A stretch of DNA of 64,000 bases from the NCBI GenBank assembly GCA_001179505.1, contig CDMY01000385.1, forward strand, positions 1 through 64,000. The letters are read 5' to 3'. Shown piece after piece: positions 36,852 to 50,088 of this stretch. The position numbers were made by a program, and so were the translations under genes. Below the pieces are notes generated by a model, which saw only the letters and a list, made by a program, of their open reading frames with translations, was not told the origin of the DNA and searched no databases. Each line of letters opens with the position of its first letter. Position 1 is the first letter of the stretch. Source of the DNA: Vitrella brassicaformis CCMP3155. Lineage: Eukaryota > Protista > Chromerida.

Positions 36852-39800
36852 TGTGTTGTGTCCAAGCTGTGACGCACCTCCCAGTCATTGACGTGCTCTC
36901 CTGTGGCCTCGCGGAGCTCTTCGGCCTTTTTCTGCCTCACCTCCCACTCGCGAGGCCCCTCGCACCTCGTCTCGCCGTACAGCTCATACAGCTTCTGCCC
37001 GATGGTATCAATCGAAGACGACGGAGGCAGACCCAGGTTGGCCCTAAACAGCAGGCAAGCAAGCGAGACATGTCTGTCTGTGGGCACAGCTGTGTGTGGT
37101 GGATGCCTTACGCGAAGAAGAGTTTGATTTTGGGGTCGCTGACGGAGTCGAGCATGCACCAGGTCAGGTACTTGGGGATCTCCAGCAGCTTTACCTCGCA
37201 GAACTTGGTCTCACTGCACAAAACAAAAACACACCAACCGATCAACCCCCCCTGCACCAGCCTATCGTCTCTGTCTGTGTGTTTCTCACCTGTCCGATGA
37301 GTCCAATGAGTCCGAGGAGGTGTCACTGGATGACGATGATGATGATGAAGTGGAGACGGCCTCGCACTTGAGGTCGCCGACACAGTCTTCGTCGTTCTCG
37401 CAGGACGGACCCACAATGGACCGCGCCTCCTCGTTCCATTGGCCTCGGGTGATACCTGCAGACAGCCAGACTCATTTCGTGCGTGCGTGTGCTCGTGTGT
37501 GTGTGTGTGTGTGTGTCCTACTTGTGCAGTTCTCCACTCTGCCCCACACGTCGCCAGTCAGCTCCTCAAACTCAACACTAAGTAGGCCAGCAAACATGAC
37601 AGTCGTTGCTGCAGTGACCTTAACCTTTGTGGGCAGGTGGTTGGCTCTTACAGTGTCTCGTAGCACTTGCCGATGGACTCCTGTTGGCTAACGAAGCTCT
37701 TGGCAGCGTCGGCTGCAGCAGCAGACAGGGCACCCTGCGCACACGGCGGAGAGAGCAACAACAAGGTCGATGTCATTCATGCCTTTTGCGTCACTCTGTC
37801 GAGATACCGTGGTCTGTCCGGCGCTGTTCTTGTCGGCGGCGCACAGGAGGCCGATCTTCTCAGCGTTAATGCCGTCGACGACGGTGGACACGATGGTCTT
37901 GTTCTGCACCGCGCAGCAGCGATCCTCGATCCAGGGGTTGCAGCACGGGTCGCTCCAGAAAGCATCGCCATCATCATGGCCTGACACGAACACACCACAC
38001 CGTCAACAAAACAGGACAGGCAACAGCATAATCTGATGCCTCTTGCTTTTCCCCTTCTTGACTGCTCCATGTGTCTGTCGCTGGCTCGGCTGAATGTCTG
38101 TCTTTGTTTTCATTACTCACTTTTGTCGCATGCATCGGTGAGTCTGGACTCTGTGACATCCTTGAAGGTCAGGAAGCCCTTCATCAACGCCAGACAGCCG
38201 TTCCACGCATCCTTGGCAGTCAACGCGAAAATGTCTGCACACAAACAGACATACAGACATGTACCAATCAGGACGGATGGATGGATGGATGGATGGACGT
38301 GTGCACAGTCCCTCTCTCTCTCTGCCGGCCTGCCTACCCTCGAGAGCCGTGTGCACGCGGCACTCTCTCTCCTCCCTGGCATATCTGCAGCGATCAGTCT
38401 CGGATGTTGATGCCGTGGTTGAGTCGGTCGTCGCCGAAGTGATGTCAGTGGCGGTCTGCAGCCGGCGGCCGTAGAAGACGCTCTCGGCCTTCTCGGAGGG
38501 CGCCGGGTATGCCGTCTGTGACGAGGGGTCGCCGAAGGGCCCATTGAGGTAGAAGGAAGACAGCGAGGCCGTGTTTTGGGTGAGGTCGCAGTTCTCGGTG
38601 ATCTGGGAGGCTTCTTTGATGTCGTCCAGACGCGTGTTGAGCTCGGCCTGCACGGCCTCGAATTCCTTTCGGTCGCACAGGTTGAAGGTCTCCAGCACTT
38701 TGGCAGCGCTACCTGCACACAGAGGGGACCAACACCAGGGACCAGCCAGCCTGGTGAGATCTCTCTACTCCATCTGTGTCGTGTGTCGGATACTGACCGC
38801 TCTGTTCAGCGATGGCCGCTTTATCATCATCACCTATGACGTTGGGCATGACCTTGCAGCCCTTGAACTCACTCACACTGGGACCCACCACGTTCGGCAC
38901 ACCGTTCTCTGTGAGATGATCGACACGCTGGAAGTGGATGGATGTGAGCAGCGGGTGGGTGGGGCTCACTCACCGATGACTTTGGTGAGGACCAGGATGG
39001 CGGTTGCATCCTCCCTGTACTTGTTCTGCAGCTCCTGGCCAATCTTATGGTCTTCGTAGCGACGCAGCATGATCTGACGCCTGCAACACACACATGATGC
39101 GATGCCGGTGCGAATGGAAGCGGCTCCTGCAGCAGTAGACTGACCAGTAGAAGCCAATGTTGTCAGTAAAGGACGGGACGACGAATTGAGGAGGCACTTT
39201 CTTGGTCTTGGTTGCTGACGGACACACCACCTGCACACACACATAAGGCAGTGTAGCCCCGCCAAGACATGAGCCCTGCCCTTCTCGGTGCCTACCACAG
39301 GCTTCACAAAGGAGGGGTTGACGTGGCCGCCGTAGCCGAAAATGAGGGAAAGGTCGCGTGCGTGGTATGTGCTGGAACTGCCGTCCGTCGCCGTCTTCTT
39401 GTTGCCGGTGAGCAGGCCTTCTGGGGTGGTCCTTGTGCCCTCCCCATGGCACTCACACCTAGCGAAGGGCCGGTCCCAGTGCCGACGGGGGTCGTAGTGT
39501 TCTGGGCAGCAGTCCTCTGGGCAGTCCATGCAACCACACTGACCTGCAACACCAGCAGGGGTTGGGGGGTATCGACCCCCGATCACGGCACAAGTTGATG
39601 AAGTTCCAATGCCCCGCCGCTTCCCTCCAACCCCTCACCGTCAGGAGTGCATCCGTAGAAGTTCTCGCACTGCTCATACTCAATATCCTGGTCGTACTCG
39701 AGCTCAACCTGCAGGTACTCGAGCACCAAGTCGCCCGCATCGTTCTCAAAACGGGCCTCCCCACACCCTCCCGGCGAGCGGAGCATGGTCATGGTGCGGG

Positions 39801-39897
39801 GGGAAACACGGAACTTCTTGACGTCGAGGGAAGAGACCCTTGACAGGAGCAGACACAGCCCCAACATGGTCAGGGCGACGGGCGTGGGACACTTCAT
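28575..39897 (-). CDS. Giant Cys-rich cell-surface protein with signal peptide and GPI-anchor-type C-terminus (roughly 30 exons; treated as one gene)
   Basis: N-terminus MKCPTPVALTMLGLCLLLSRVSS; C-terminus KKSAASRTQVASAVLVGLAGLVYAAL* (small residues, spacer, hydrophobic tail, no cytosolic tail). Cys/Trp-rich exons run continuously on the minus strand. The junctions I checked (39639/39543, 30140-29700) are in frame; not all were checked. Confidence 0.7.
30586..30751 (-). repeat. 166 bp exonic duplication, copy A
   Basis: Identical base for base to 33519-33684; encodes GGSPFPGGMDAESCKRDGGKPVCPNGQEPTSTGQCEDGSEPFCEFGGSPPPGGS. Confidence 0.95.
33519..33684 (-). repeat. 166 bp exonic duplication, copy B
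   Basis: Identical to 30586-30751. Confidence 0.95.
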
Positions 39898-40113
39898 TGT
39901 GCAGACAGACGCTTAGACGCGGAAAACAGACAGGAACGGCAGCACCCCCCACACGAAAAAGCCCTGAAAAGGAGGGATAGATCGCTTTTGGGGGCCGAGC
40001 GGGGCCGTAGCCTCCCCTCTTTCCATGCGGAGTCCCACAGCAGCCAGTCCACAGCATGCCTCGTCTCGACCTGTCCCGTCGGGTCCTCTCCGCCTCACTC
40101 CCTCACGGGACTC

Positions 40114-40573
40114 ATGGAAGGATACCACAGACGCTATGGGGCGTCTCGTCGCATCTGGGCGTCCAAGGATGGACTCGAGCGGTGGGAGAATAGGTCAATA
40201 AGGCATCGATCACATGCTGTTTCCTTTTTGAGTTCAGTTGCTTCGTCTTTAAGGGAGCTGCAGGACAACATCACAGTGCCGAAGGGGTTGCCGATGCAGA
40301 GGAAAAAGGCATCAGCTCGCACGTCGTCTTGGAAGCATGAGAGCAGCTGTGTGGGGGCTTTTCCCTCCCCAATGCATGACCGATATGTGAAACTACTCGA
40401 GAAAGGCGCACCGGCACAGGTCAGTCACACGCACCCCCGGCACAGAGAGATGAGCGATGGCGTTTGCTGCGCAGGTGTTGAGTGCATTTGACTTCACCAG
40501 AGTCTCACTCGATGAACTTCTAGCCTACCACGACAGCATGAAACCGCAAAAACAGGTTCAGACGGACAGATAG
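40114..40573 (+). CDS. Small basic hypothetical protein (2 exons)
   Basis: ATG at 40114 (MEGYHRRYG...), CAG|gtcagt donor at 40420, gcag acceptor at 40474, in frame to TAG at 40571-40573. No recognised domain. Confidence 0.4.
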
Positions 40574-40650
40574 ATGCATGAAGGGGTACCAATTCTGTCG
40601 GAAAGACAGACACCTGTAGGCTCATGCATTGCCACGAGGCGCATCATCAT

Positions 40651-43393
40651 TCATTCGGTCGTTCTGCCACCCTTACCCCTCCCCCTCCCCCTCCCTCTCC
40701 CCCTGCCTCTCCCCCGTCCCCGTGTCCCTTTCCTGCCATCCATGCGAGGCAATGTCGGCCTCCCTCTTGACGGTGTCGCTGGACGCTCTGAAGCCGCTGC
40801 AGCAGATGTCGACGACATCTGCTGCTCGCGAGTGGGCTGCTGGCGAGGGGGGAATGGACGCTCGGAGGGCCGCGAAATGTCCAGCCGCTGCGCATCTGCA
40901 TGTGCAAGGAGGATGGGACTGATGGAGTTTACGTAGCAAAGGGGGCAGGAGGGGCCGGCGGCATCCGAGAGACATGAGGCGGCGCAGGACTCACACACCA
41001 GATGGCCGCAGGGGGCCAGGCAGACGGTGGCCTGAAGGACAAATTGGAGTAACAGTCTGATAAAAAAAAGAGATGGCAGCACGGTGATACCTGCGATTCT
41101 CTGCATTGATGACAAAGGATCGCCTCGACGGCGGAGTCAAATAATCTCTGGATCGCCTCTCGGTACCTTCCGATCTGCTGCTCATACATGGCGGCGCTCG
41201 TGCTGCAACCATCCATCCATTCGGGAGAGCAGTCGCATGCAGTGTGGCAGTCTGAAGGTTTCGTTGGTTGGATGCGTGTCGGCTTACGCGGCCTCAGACT
41301 TGTGCTTCGCGTCGTCGAAGTCCTTCTGCTTGTCACGTTTGTATGCATCGAGCTCTTCGTCACGGGAAGATTGCAGCTCGCTGGCCCTGCATTTGCGGAC
41401 AAACAAAAGGGAGAAGGAGGGTCTGTGGACATCACAACATGTGATGCGATGCGATGATGTATCGCGGTCGTGATTTACTCCGCCTGCAGAGCAGAGAGGT
41501 GCTTGCCGAGTTTCGCGATCTCGTCCTGCGGCAGGCAGACAAGCAGAGACACTCACCTGTCTCAACATATGAGCGGCTGTTGGTGCATGGATTTTGTTTT
41601 CCATGCAGCCACATGAGCGTACCTGCAGCCCCCGCACTTCCTCTTCTATGGCAGGGGCATCCTCTCCCTGACCATTGCTCTCCTGCTCCACAGACGCGCG
41701 TCTGCCTTCATGATCGCCCCTCTGCCCACCCCCACCCGTCTGCGTCTTGACCCTCTTCGCCTGCTGCAACGATGGCTCCCCTCCACTCAGCGATCGATAT
41801 CGCTTTGACGCACCATCCTCCCCCCCCAGGGGACCACCTGCGGCCTGCTGCCGTCTCGCATCACGATTCGGCACTTGAGGGGAGGAAGGCACGCCGCCAA
41901 AGCCCTGGGTGAACGCCGGCAGCTCGCTCATGACCTCATGTGATGTTGCTGGGGCACATGAACGCGAAGAGTGCTGTCTCTCGTCTGAGGCGGGCTCACT
42001 CTTCTTGTCCCACTTGTGGCGCCATTTCTGTGCGCTGGGTGAGTTGCTGCTGCTTGGGGGGTTGGAGGGGCTGTGGGGCGGGGTGATAGGGGTGATCCTG
42101 AAGCCGAAGGCCGACGGATTGCGGAGGAAGGAAGGCTGGAGGCCAACCTGGATGACACCCTGCGAGTCAGGGGTCAGCTCGAATATGTGTGGATCAAGGG
42201 ACAGCTGCACCTTGGGCGAGACGGGGAAGGACGACCCGACGCTGTCGAACGCTGCCAAAGGCACCCGCCTGACGCTGCTTATCTGACCATCGTCCGAGAT
42301 ATGGCGGCGGTGAAAGATAGCGAAGGACGGCGGGGTCTCAGAGAGCGTCCAGCTGGCCAGGCAATTCGCGAGGCGGCTCCGATACTCGTCCCGCTGACGC
42401 CGGAACTGCCTGACAGAGTCGGTCAGGCTCTGGGCGTGCGGGGGTGGGAGGCCCCTGGACATCCACAGCCGAGTCTCCCACCCTTGTCGGAGGGCGATGG
42501 TGCGCTGGGTGCCCAGCTCACACGGAGTAAACAGCTGATGGATCCTCTTGAGCATGGACGGAAGGCCCGTTAAAGACATCTGCGGGCGAGGGGACCGCCT
42601 GTACACCTGGGCGTACGGCACGTGCGAGGCATCGATCATGGACTGTCTCTCACGAAGATCAACCATGTCAACCTGACGAAAGCATCAATCAAATGCAAAA
42701 CAGACAAGGAAACGAATGTATACATGTATGGCCACGCTTGTGTCCCTCTCTCTCGTACCATGCTGTTGAGTATTTCATGCATGTACATTTCCTCCGCCTC
42801 CGTGGCTGAGAGGAGCGGCGCCATGGTCCGCTCCTTCACACCATGCAGGCCACTCAGGAACGGGCCGTCCACCCCCTTGCCAATCAGCTGCACCTCAATT
42901 GTTTCCCCCATGTCTCGGCCCTCATCACACAACACGCCCTGCAGATCGATATACACGCGCCAGCCATGCAGCAAGCACATGATAGATGCTGCACGTGAGA
43001 CAGCCTTTCAATCGGTGCCTACACGAACCTGTGGGTGAGGTATAGGGCTGACACAGAATGCATCCGGATGGGAAAGAAGGAAGCTGTACAGCTCAGGGAG
43101 CAAAGACCTGTCCGCCGACTTGCGATGGGCCATGTAAGCCTGAAGGGGATGCGCATCAGGCATTCATTGTGCTTCACAGAACAGACACATTGTGCATTTG
43201 CATGGCTGACTCGACTTACGCTGAGGTCGGCGAAGGACATTGTCGGCGGGCTGTTGGGGCGTTGCTGTGCTCCCTTGGTCTCAAGGCAGGTGACGACATC
43301 ATACTTGTACCACTGGATTCTCTTCAGTATTTCATCTCCCTCATCCCCCTCGCTCTCCGCCTCTGGCAGGCGCTCGATCTTCACTTCGGACAT
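40651..43393 (-). CDS. C3HC4 RING-finger protein A (HTH-like N-terminal domain, coiled coil, RING, RG-repeat tail)
   Basis: Spliced RING LCHQCRESQ|ATVCLAPCGHLVCESC...CPLC, preceded by a charged helical segment and followed by (RG)n. Confidence 0.8.
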
Positions 43394-43543
43394 CAGCGCT
43401 CAATGCAGTGAGTGCACCAGAGGACGAAAAACGCAGAATTCGGGGGTTTCTGGTGTCCAGAAACTGTTATCACCCCGCCCACTGACGCGGTGCGATCAAG
43501 GCCCCCTGGCCGTCTCACTCTGTCTCAGATCTGTGGTCGCGCG

Positions 43544-46500
43544 ATGTCCGGACCATCTCAGTCGGTACGCCTTTCTCCTCGGAACTCGACAGCTGGTCCT
43601 CCATACCGAGAGCGAATATATATAGACCCCGAAGTGTACCTCGGACCCCCACCGGACCATCCAGAGGGACCGCCACACCTCTTTTACCATCCTCCTAGCC
43701 CTCCTGTCTTGCAGCCGCCCCCGCCGTCCTTTCCGCATCGCAGTCCTTCTCTCCCCCCAGCACGACACTACGAGCCGGACAGCAGTTTCGTGAGACCACC
43801 GCCGATGAGGCCAAGGATGACGTCACATCGCGGACAGGCGCCCAGCCGGGGACCGCCGAGGAGGCGGGGAGGGGGATATGGACCTCTTCCGCCTGCTGTG
43901 AGAGTGCCCGAGAGGCCTCGGCCTGCATTTCCATCGAGCCCGCCGCCGGGCGTGGCCCCATCCGAGCTTCCTGAACCGCAGAACAGCGAGAGGATGGTGA
44001 TTCGGAGGACTTCGGGGTTCGCCGAGGCAGGCAGTATATTCTTCTGGTCTGAATGGCAGAGCATTATTGGTGATGAAGAGCATTCATTGATGACACGAGA
44101 CACATACATGACAGCCACACCTTTCCATATGCGCATTTCCTGTGTGTGTTGTGTGCAGGTTTCAAGAGTTCTCTTGTTAATGCCCTCTGCAAGGCGCCTG
44201 GGAACTGTTTGTCTCTGAGCACACTCGAGGTACTTACACAAGCTTCAGGACAGATTGAAAGCGATCCCTTTCCTTATTCGTGGCCTTATATTCCATATGT
44301 ATGTCTATGTCTGTCACAACATATATTCAGTCGAGCATCCCCCGGCAAGATCGCTGTCTCCCAGACCACTGCAGTTTCATTCTCACCCACACCGATGCGT
44401 TCCACATGAGAAACTGGCCCCCACAAACAGTCAGTGAGAAGAGAAAGATTTGCCTACATGACATGTGCCCACAGGTACGAAACACATGAGATTTCTCATC
44501 TCTCTCTGTTCAGGGTGGCGAGAATGCCGTGGAGGTGGTGTTGTGCCACGCGCCCGACGACGAGAAGGCCTATGCGGTTCTCCCCGGCCTGTCGAATGCC
44601 GAGGCCGAGGAGGCCTGGATGCACCAATGCATCGGAACCATCGTAATCACACCTCCAACACTGTAGAAACAGCAGCACAAAGAAGCGCAGTCGACATTCC
44701 TTCCTATGTGCTAGTGTGAGTTGTCGTGCCGGAGTCGTTCTCGGCTGCCATCCGACGCGCCCCTGCCCAGCGACGTCAACATGTGCCGATATATCCCCGT
44801 GGACACCCTCAAGGGCCGCGCCCCCCGCCCCAGCCCCTCCCTCCCCCGCCTTTTCTCATTCTGGCGACACGTATGCGGGTAACTAACGCTTGTCTGTACG
44901 CACCTGGACGGACACACGCACATGCATATGCCTGTCCAACGTTTGTATGCATGGCATGCAGAGACGTCTTCGTCATCGAGTCGGTGGAGAGAGTCGACCA
45001 GGGCCACATGCGCCGTGTCGAGTGCTTGCGGCTCGCCGATGGCTGGGAGGAGGCGCTGACACGCAGGTCCCTCCAGGAGAGGGGGGCCTCTGCCGTTCCT
45101 GCCGCTGCTGGTTCTGATGGTGCTGGTAGTGGCGTGAGGGACGACCCGAACGAGGCCCTGAGACGCCACCATGCGTATGAGCGTGCGAAGGAGACATGGC
45201 TGCTGCGGCTGCTGCAGTGCCTGCTCGACCTCGATTGGTCGCCTTCCTTCTCCCCGGCCGTCCCGTGTGTCACGGTAGACCCCCCGACCTGCTGGATGCC
45301 CCACGTCGTCGAGGGGCGGCTCTGCCACGTCCGGCTGCTCAACATCGGCGTGCTGGAGCGCATGTGCCCCCCTCCCTCCCCCCTCCTCCCCTCTGTGAAA
45401 GCCTTTCTCGCCATCCACCCGTTCCTCTTTCTCGTGATGCCTAGCCGTTCCCGAGACGCCAGTGGGGACTTCTTCGCCGCCATCCAGCCATCGGTCCGGG
45501 CCGCATCTGAGCTCCACTCCCTCAGCATCCATGCGCTGCCCCCCAGCAGCAGCAATGACGGCCAGCTGTCACGGCCGCCGCCTGCTGGGCGTTCACGAGG
45601 TCCGTCCCGTGGGCGGTCGAGTGGCGTGGGTGCTTTGGGTATGAGGGGCGAGACAAATGCTGCTGGTGCCGGGGGTCCTGGGGTGAGAGGGGAGGAGAGG
45701 GAGGGTGCCATGTCGGTAGTGAGGTCGGAGAGCAAGACACCGGATGTCGCCATGGGGGTTGAGGCCACAGCGGCCCAGGGGGGCGATGGCGCCGCGGTGC
45801 TTAGACGGAGGGAGCTGAATGAGTCGAGGAAAGAGCTGAAGGTGAGCAAGACAAGGAGGAAAGGCCTGTTTGCGATCCACTCACCGTCCCTTCCTCCTTC
45901 ATGTCTCACTTAATTAATGCGGGTAGGCTCGTGTGGCTGCCCTGAAGGAGTCGATCGAAGACACGCAGAAGCGGCTGACCCACCTGCGATCTGACGAGTA
46001 TCTGCGCTCTGCCAAGGATGCCTTCAAGAAGGAGCTTCGCCAGCAGCTGGCGGAGACAAGAAAAAATGCCAAGTAACCACGCACATCACATGAAAGCCGG
46101 TGCGGGTCATGGCATGACACACACACTGGTTTTGCCCGTCAGTCCCGAGTTTTCGAGACGCAAGGCTGAGGCGGCGGAGCTAGCGGCGTTTCTGAACTCA
46201 CGGCTGCCTTCCCTGCAGGCGTGGCTCAAGTGCCAGCAGTGCAGCAAGGAGCAGGTGACTAACACAGGGACACAACAACCACTGCCATGCACACCGAGGT
46301 CCCATTTTGGCCTGCCCCACGGTGTCTCAGAGTTCTGTCTGTGTGAGCCCCTGGTGGGAAAGGAGCAAAAGAGGAAGGAGGAGTGATGGCCTGCACTTGT
46401 TTTTCTTCCAGTGAATGGCGGCTGTGTCGCGATGTATGTGTGGTCTTGTTCAGTGGCCACCGTCTGTGCGAGGCGTGCTGCCCCGACTCCTATGACGACT

Positions 46501-47046
46501 CCCCAAACTGTTCCGTCTGCAGCACCTCCCTCACCCAGATTGTCGCCATGCAGCTCCCTTCCCACCCCACAAACCACACACACACATCACCACCCCCAGC
46601 AGCACCCGGCAAGAGGCCCCGTGATGACGATGGTTCGGTGGATGGAGAGGGGGAGGGGGAGGGGGAGGGAGAGGGGGACGGAGAGGGGGAGGGAGACGAG
46701 TCGTCGGCAGCAGCTGCTGCTGGAGAGGTGGTCATCAATCGTGGGAGGGGCGGGGCCAGGCGGAGGATACAGACGACTGTGCGAAACAAAGCGACTGGGG
46801 AGACTATGTCCTTCACATCACGCGTGAGTGAGACCGAGACACAGTACAGCAGACATGCCTGACCTCTGTATACAGCATGTCATGTGTGTATGTGTTTGTG
46901 TTTGGCAGCTGCAAGCCACGCAGTACTTCGCGTCTCGCGACGAGTCGGGCCGGACGGCCAACGCCCTCTACACGAATGTTGCTCAGAAGCGCGACTTCAG
47001 CACCACAGAGCCAGATGGCACCAAAGCTCAGTGGGAGGTGCTGTGA
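43544..47046 (+). CDS. C3HC4 RING-finger protein B, paralog of A
   Basis: Spliced RING LKCQQCSKEQ|SSVCVSPC|GHRLCEAC...CSVC after a coiled coil. It shares motifs LPDHCSFILTHTDAF, LSNAEAEEAWMH and LADGWE with gene A. TGA at 47044-47046. Confidence 0.75.
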
Positions 47047-47543
47047 ATGAATGAGGAGAGAAGAGAACCGTTGATGATAATATGATCACATTAGCTAGCT
47101 AATGGGGGAGGTGTGGGGGAAATGTGCGTGTAGGATGGACGGACAGTGGGAGAGGGGAGGGAGGGAGGGAGGGAGGGAAGGAGGGAGGGAGAGGGGGGAG
47201 GGGGGAAAAGGTTCTGACAATCAGGACATTCATGTCCATGCATCCATCCATCCATCGGTGTGATAAAGGGGTCCGGTCCACATGCCCACAGGTAGGTATG
47301 TCATGGGTGATCGAACGCACCGAGAAAGGTGCCGATCGATGCACGAGGGCACCAAAAAGACGACACAACCACTCACTCACTCACTCACGAACACACGAGG
47401 GCCGGCCGGGCTGCCTGCAGGCGAGTCCTAAGGCACCAGCCGCCGCCCTCACACCTTCACACACACGATGGATGGCATCTGCACATGCTTACACGCCTGA
47501 TCGATGAAAATCCTCTACTTGTCCAAGGCAGGCAGGCAGCCAT

Positions 47544-48530
47544 CTAAGTTCTGAATCTCTTGGTAGCCGGCGACTGGTGGAGTGCAGCCGACCTGCTGGT
47601 GTAGCTGTCGTCCTGGCTGCTCGACACAGACACACCGCGGTCCAGGTCCTGCCCCTGGCTGCCGCCCCCATCCACCTCCATCATCTTGCTGCTGCCGGCG
47701 GTCACTCGGTGGCCACCACCAGCCCCGCCACCCATCAGCGCGTCGCCGTCATTGTCCATTCGGGGCGTCATTGCCGTCACGGCGATGTGCCAGTCGGCTG
47801 CCTCCGCATTCCAGTCGATGCTCACGCGGGAGTCGGGCTGCAGCTGGTCGGCCAGCACCTGCACAACACAACACACGAAGTTGTGTGAGGTGAGTTGTGC
47901 GATGTCATGTGAGGTGTGATATTTATTCTAGAGGAGACGCCGTAGGTACCATGCGCGAGAGGCGGGAGACGAGATGTTTCTCGATGTAGCGCTTCAGCGG
48001 TCGCGCGCCGAAAGCCGGGTCGTATGCCTCGTCGAGAACGTGCTGGATGGCCTTGGCGGAAAGAGAGATGTCAATCCTCTTCTCAGCCAACCTCTCGCGC
48101 ACCTCCGCCAGCTGAGCACACACACACGGGCAGGGAAGAAAGGAATCGCTAGTGTTTTCGCGCGCCTCTGCTCCCTTCTTTGTCTGTTTACCTACCTGGA
48201 GGCGGACGACAGACGAGAGACTGTCCCGTCCGAGTGCATGAAACACGACAATGTCGTCTAGACGGTTCAGGAGCTCAGGCTTGAAGAACTCCCGCACCTC
48301 GCGCATCACCAGATTCTTGGCCTGCTCCTCCAGTCGCACCTTGCCCTCTGCCGTGTGAGCATTCTGGGTCATCTGCGCACACTCGAGGAGGCTTTGTGCG
48401 CCGAGGTTGCTGGTCATGATGATGACTGTATTGGCGAAGTCCACATGGCGCCCCTGGCTGTCGGTCAGCCGGCCCTCGTCGAGCACCTGCAGCAGCACGT
48501 TCCACACAGCTGCATAGACGCACGCACACA

Positions 48531-48567
<37 letters not shown>

Positions 48568-50052
48568 GAGACACACGCATACTTGTGACTGCACACACAG
48601 ACATTGGTTTTTTGGCTGGCTGACCTTGGTGGGCCTTCTCGACCTCATCGAACAATATGACACTGTATGGGTTCCGCCGTATCTCCTCGGTGAGTTGGCC
48701 GCCCTCCTCGTGGCCCACATAGCCGGGCGGCGAGCCGATGAGCCGTGACACCGAGTGTTTCTCCATGTACTCGCTCATGTCGTAGCGCGCCAACCGGCCA
48801 GAGTGGTCGAACAGCTCTGCCGCCAGCGACTTGGCGAGCTCGGTCTTGCCCACACCGGTCGGGCCCAGGAAAAGGAACGCCCCAATGGGTTTGTTGCGCT
48901 TTGCCAGGCCTGCTGCGGACCGCATGACGGCCTCTGTGACGGCCTCGATGGCCTCCTCCTGCCCTACCACAAGCCGCATCAGCGACTGCTTGAGGTTCAG
49001 CAGCCGCTCCCTCTCCGTCTGACTCAAACGATGCACCGGAATGCTGCACACACACACACACACAAGAGGGTTGATGGACCGGCTTAGTAAGTGCATTGCG
49101 TGAGTGTGGGTGGCTCGGCTCACCCGGTCCATCGCGAGACGACCTCAGCGATCTGGTCGGCGCCCACCACCTCACTGAGGAGTGATGTGTGCTCCCGCTC
49201 GTACTGGTCTTGCTGCTGCTGCAGGTCCTTGAGCCGCTTCTCCACACCAGGCAGCGCATCGAACTGGAGCTCGGCGGCCTGACAACACATCCATGCATGT
49301 AACGTAGCCGAAGTCTGCCTGCCAAGCTGATCTATCTCGCTGATCTCTCTCTCACCTCGTCGACGTCGCCCCGCCGCTGTGCCGCCTCGATTTTGGACTG
49401 CAGCTTGTCCTTCTTCTGAGCCAACCGTTTCATCTCCTCTATGCGCTCCTTCTCGGCACCATACTGACAGACACATCCATCCACAAAACAGCACATGACG
49501 CAGGCGGGGAGAGAGAGAGAGAGAGAGAGGGAGAGGAGAGTCTGTGTGGGCGGGTGTGGGCGGGTGTGATACCTACCTGTGCCATGAGCGGCTTCAGCTG
49601 TTCGGCGATGTCAGCCAGCTGCTTCTCGACGTCGTGTTTGCGCTGCTGGCTGGCGGGGTCTTTCTCCTTCTCGAGCGCCTTCCTCTCTATCTCGAGCTGC
49701 AGCCGCTGCCTCTCCAACACGTCGATGGCCTCGGGCTGGGAGTCCAGCTGCACACGCGTGTTGGCACACGCCTCTGATACACACACACAGACACGCAGTG
49801 AGTGCTACACTGATGGCTGGATGGATGGCTGGCTGCGCGTGTGTGTGCGGTGTGCACCCACCGTCCACAAGGTCGATTGCCTTGTCAGGGAGAAATCGTG
49901 TGGTGATATAGCGGTCTGAGAGATGGGCGGCCTCGACGAGTGCGCCGTCGGTGATTCTCACGCCGTGGTGTGCGCCGTATCTGTCCTTGAGGCCCCGGAG
50001 GATGCTGATGGTCGCCTGCACCGACGGCTCGTGGACATGCACCTGCTGGAAC

Positions 50053-50088
<36 letters not shown>

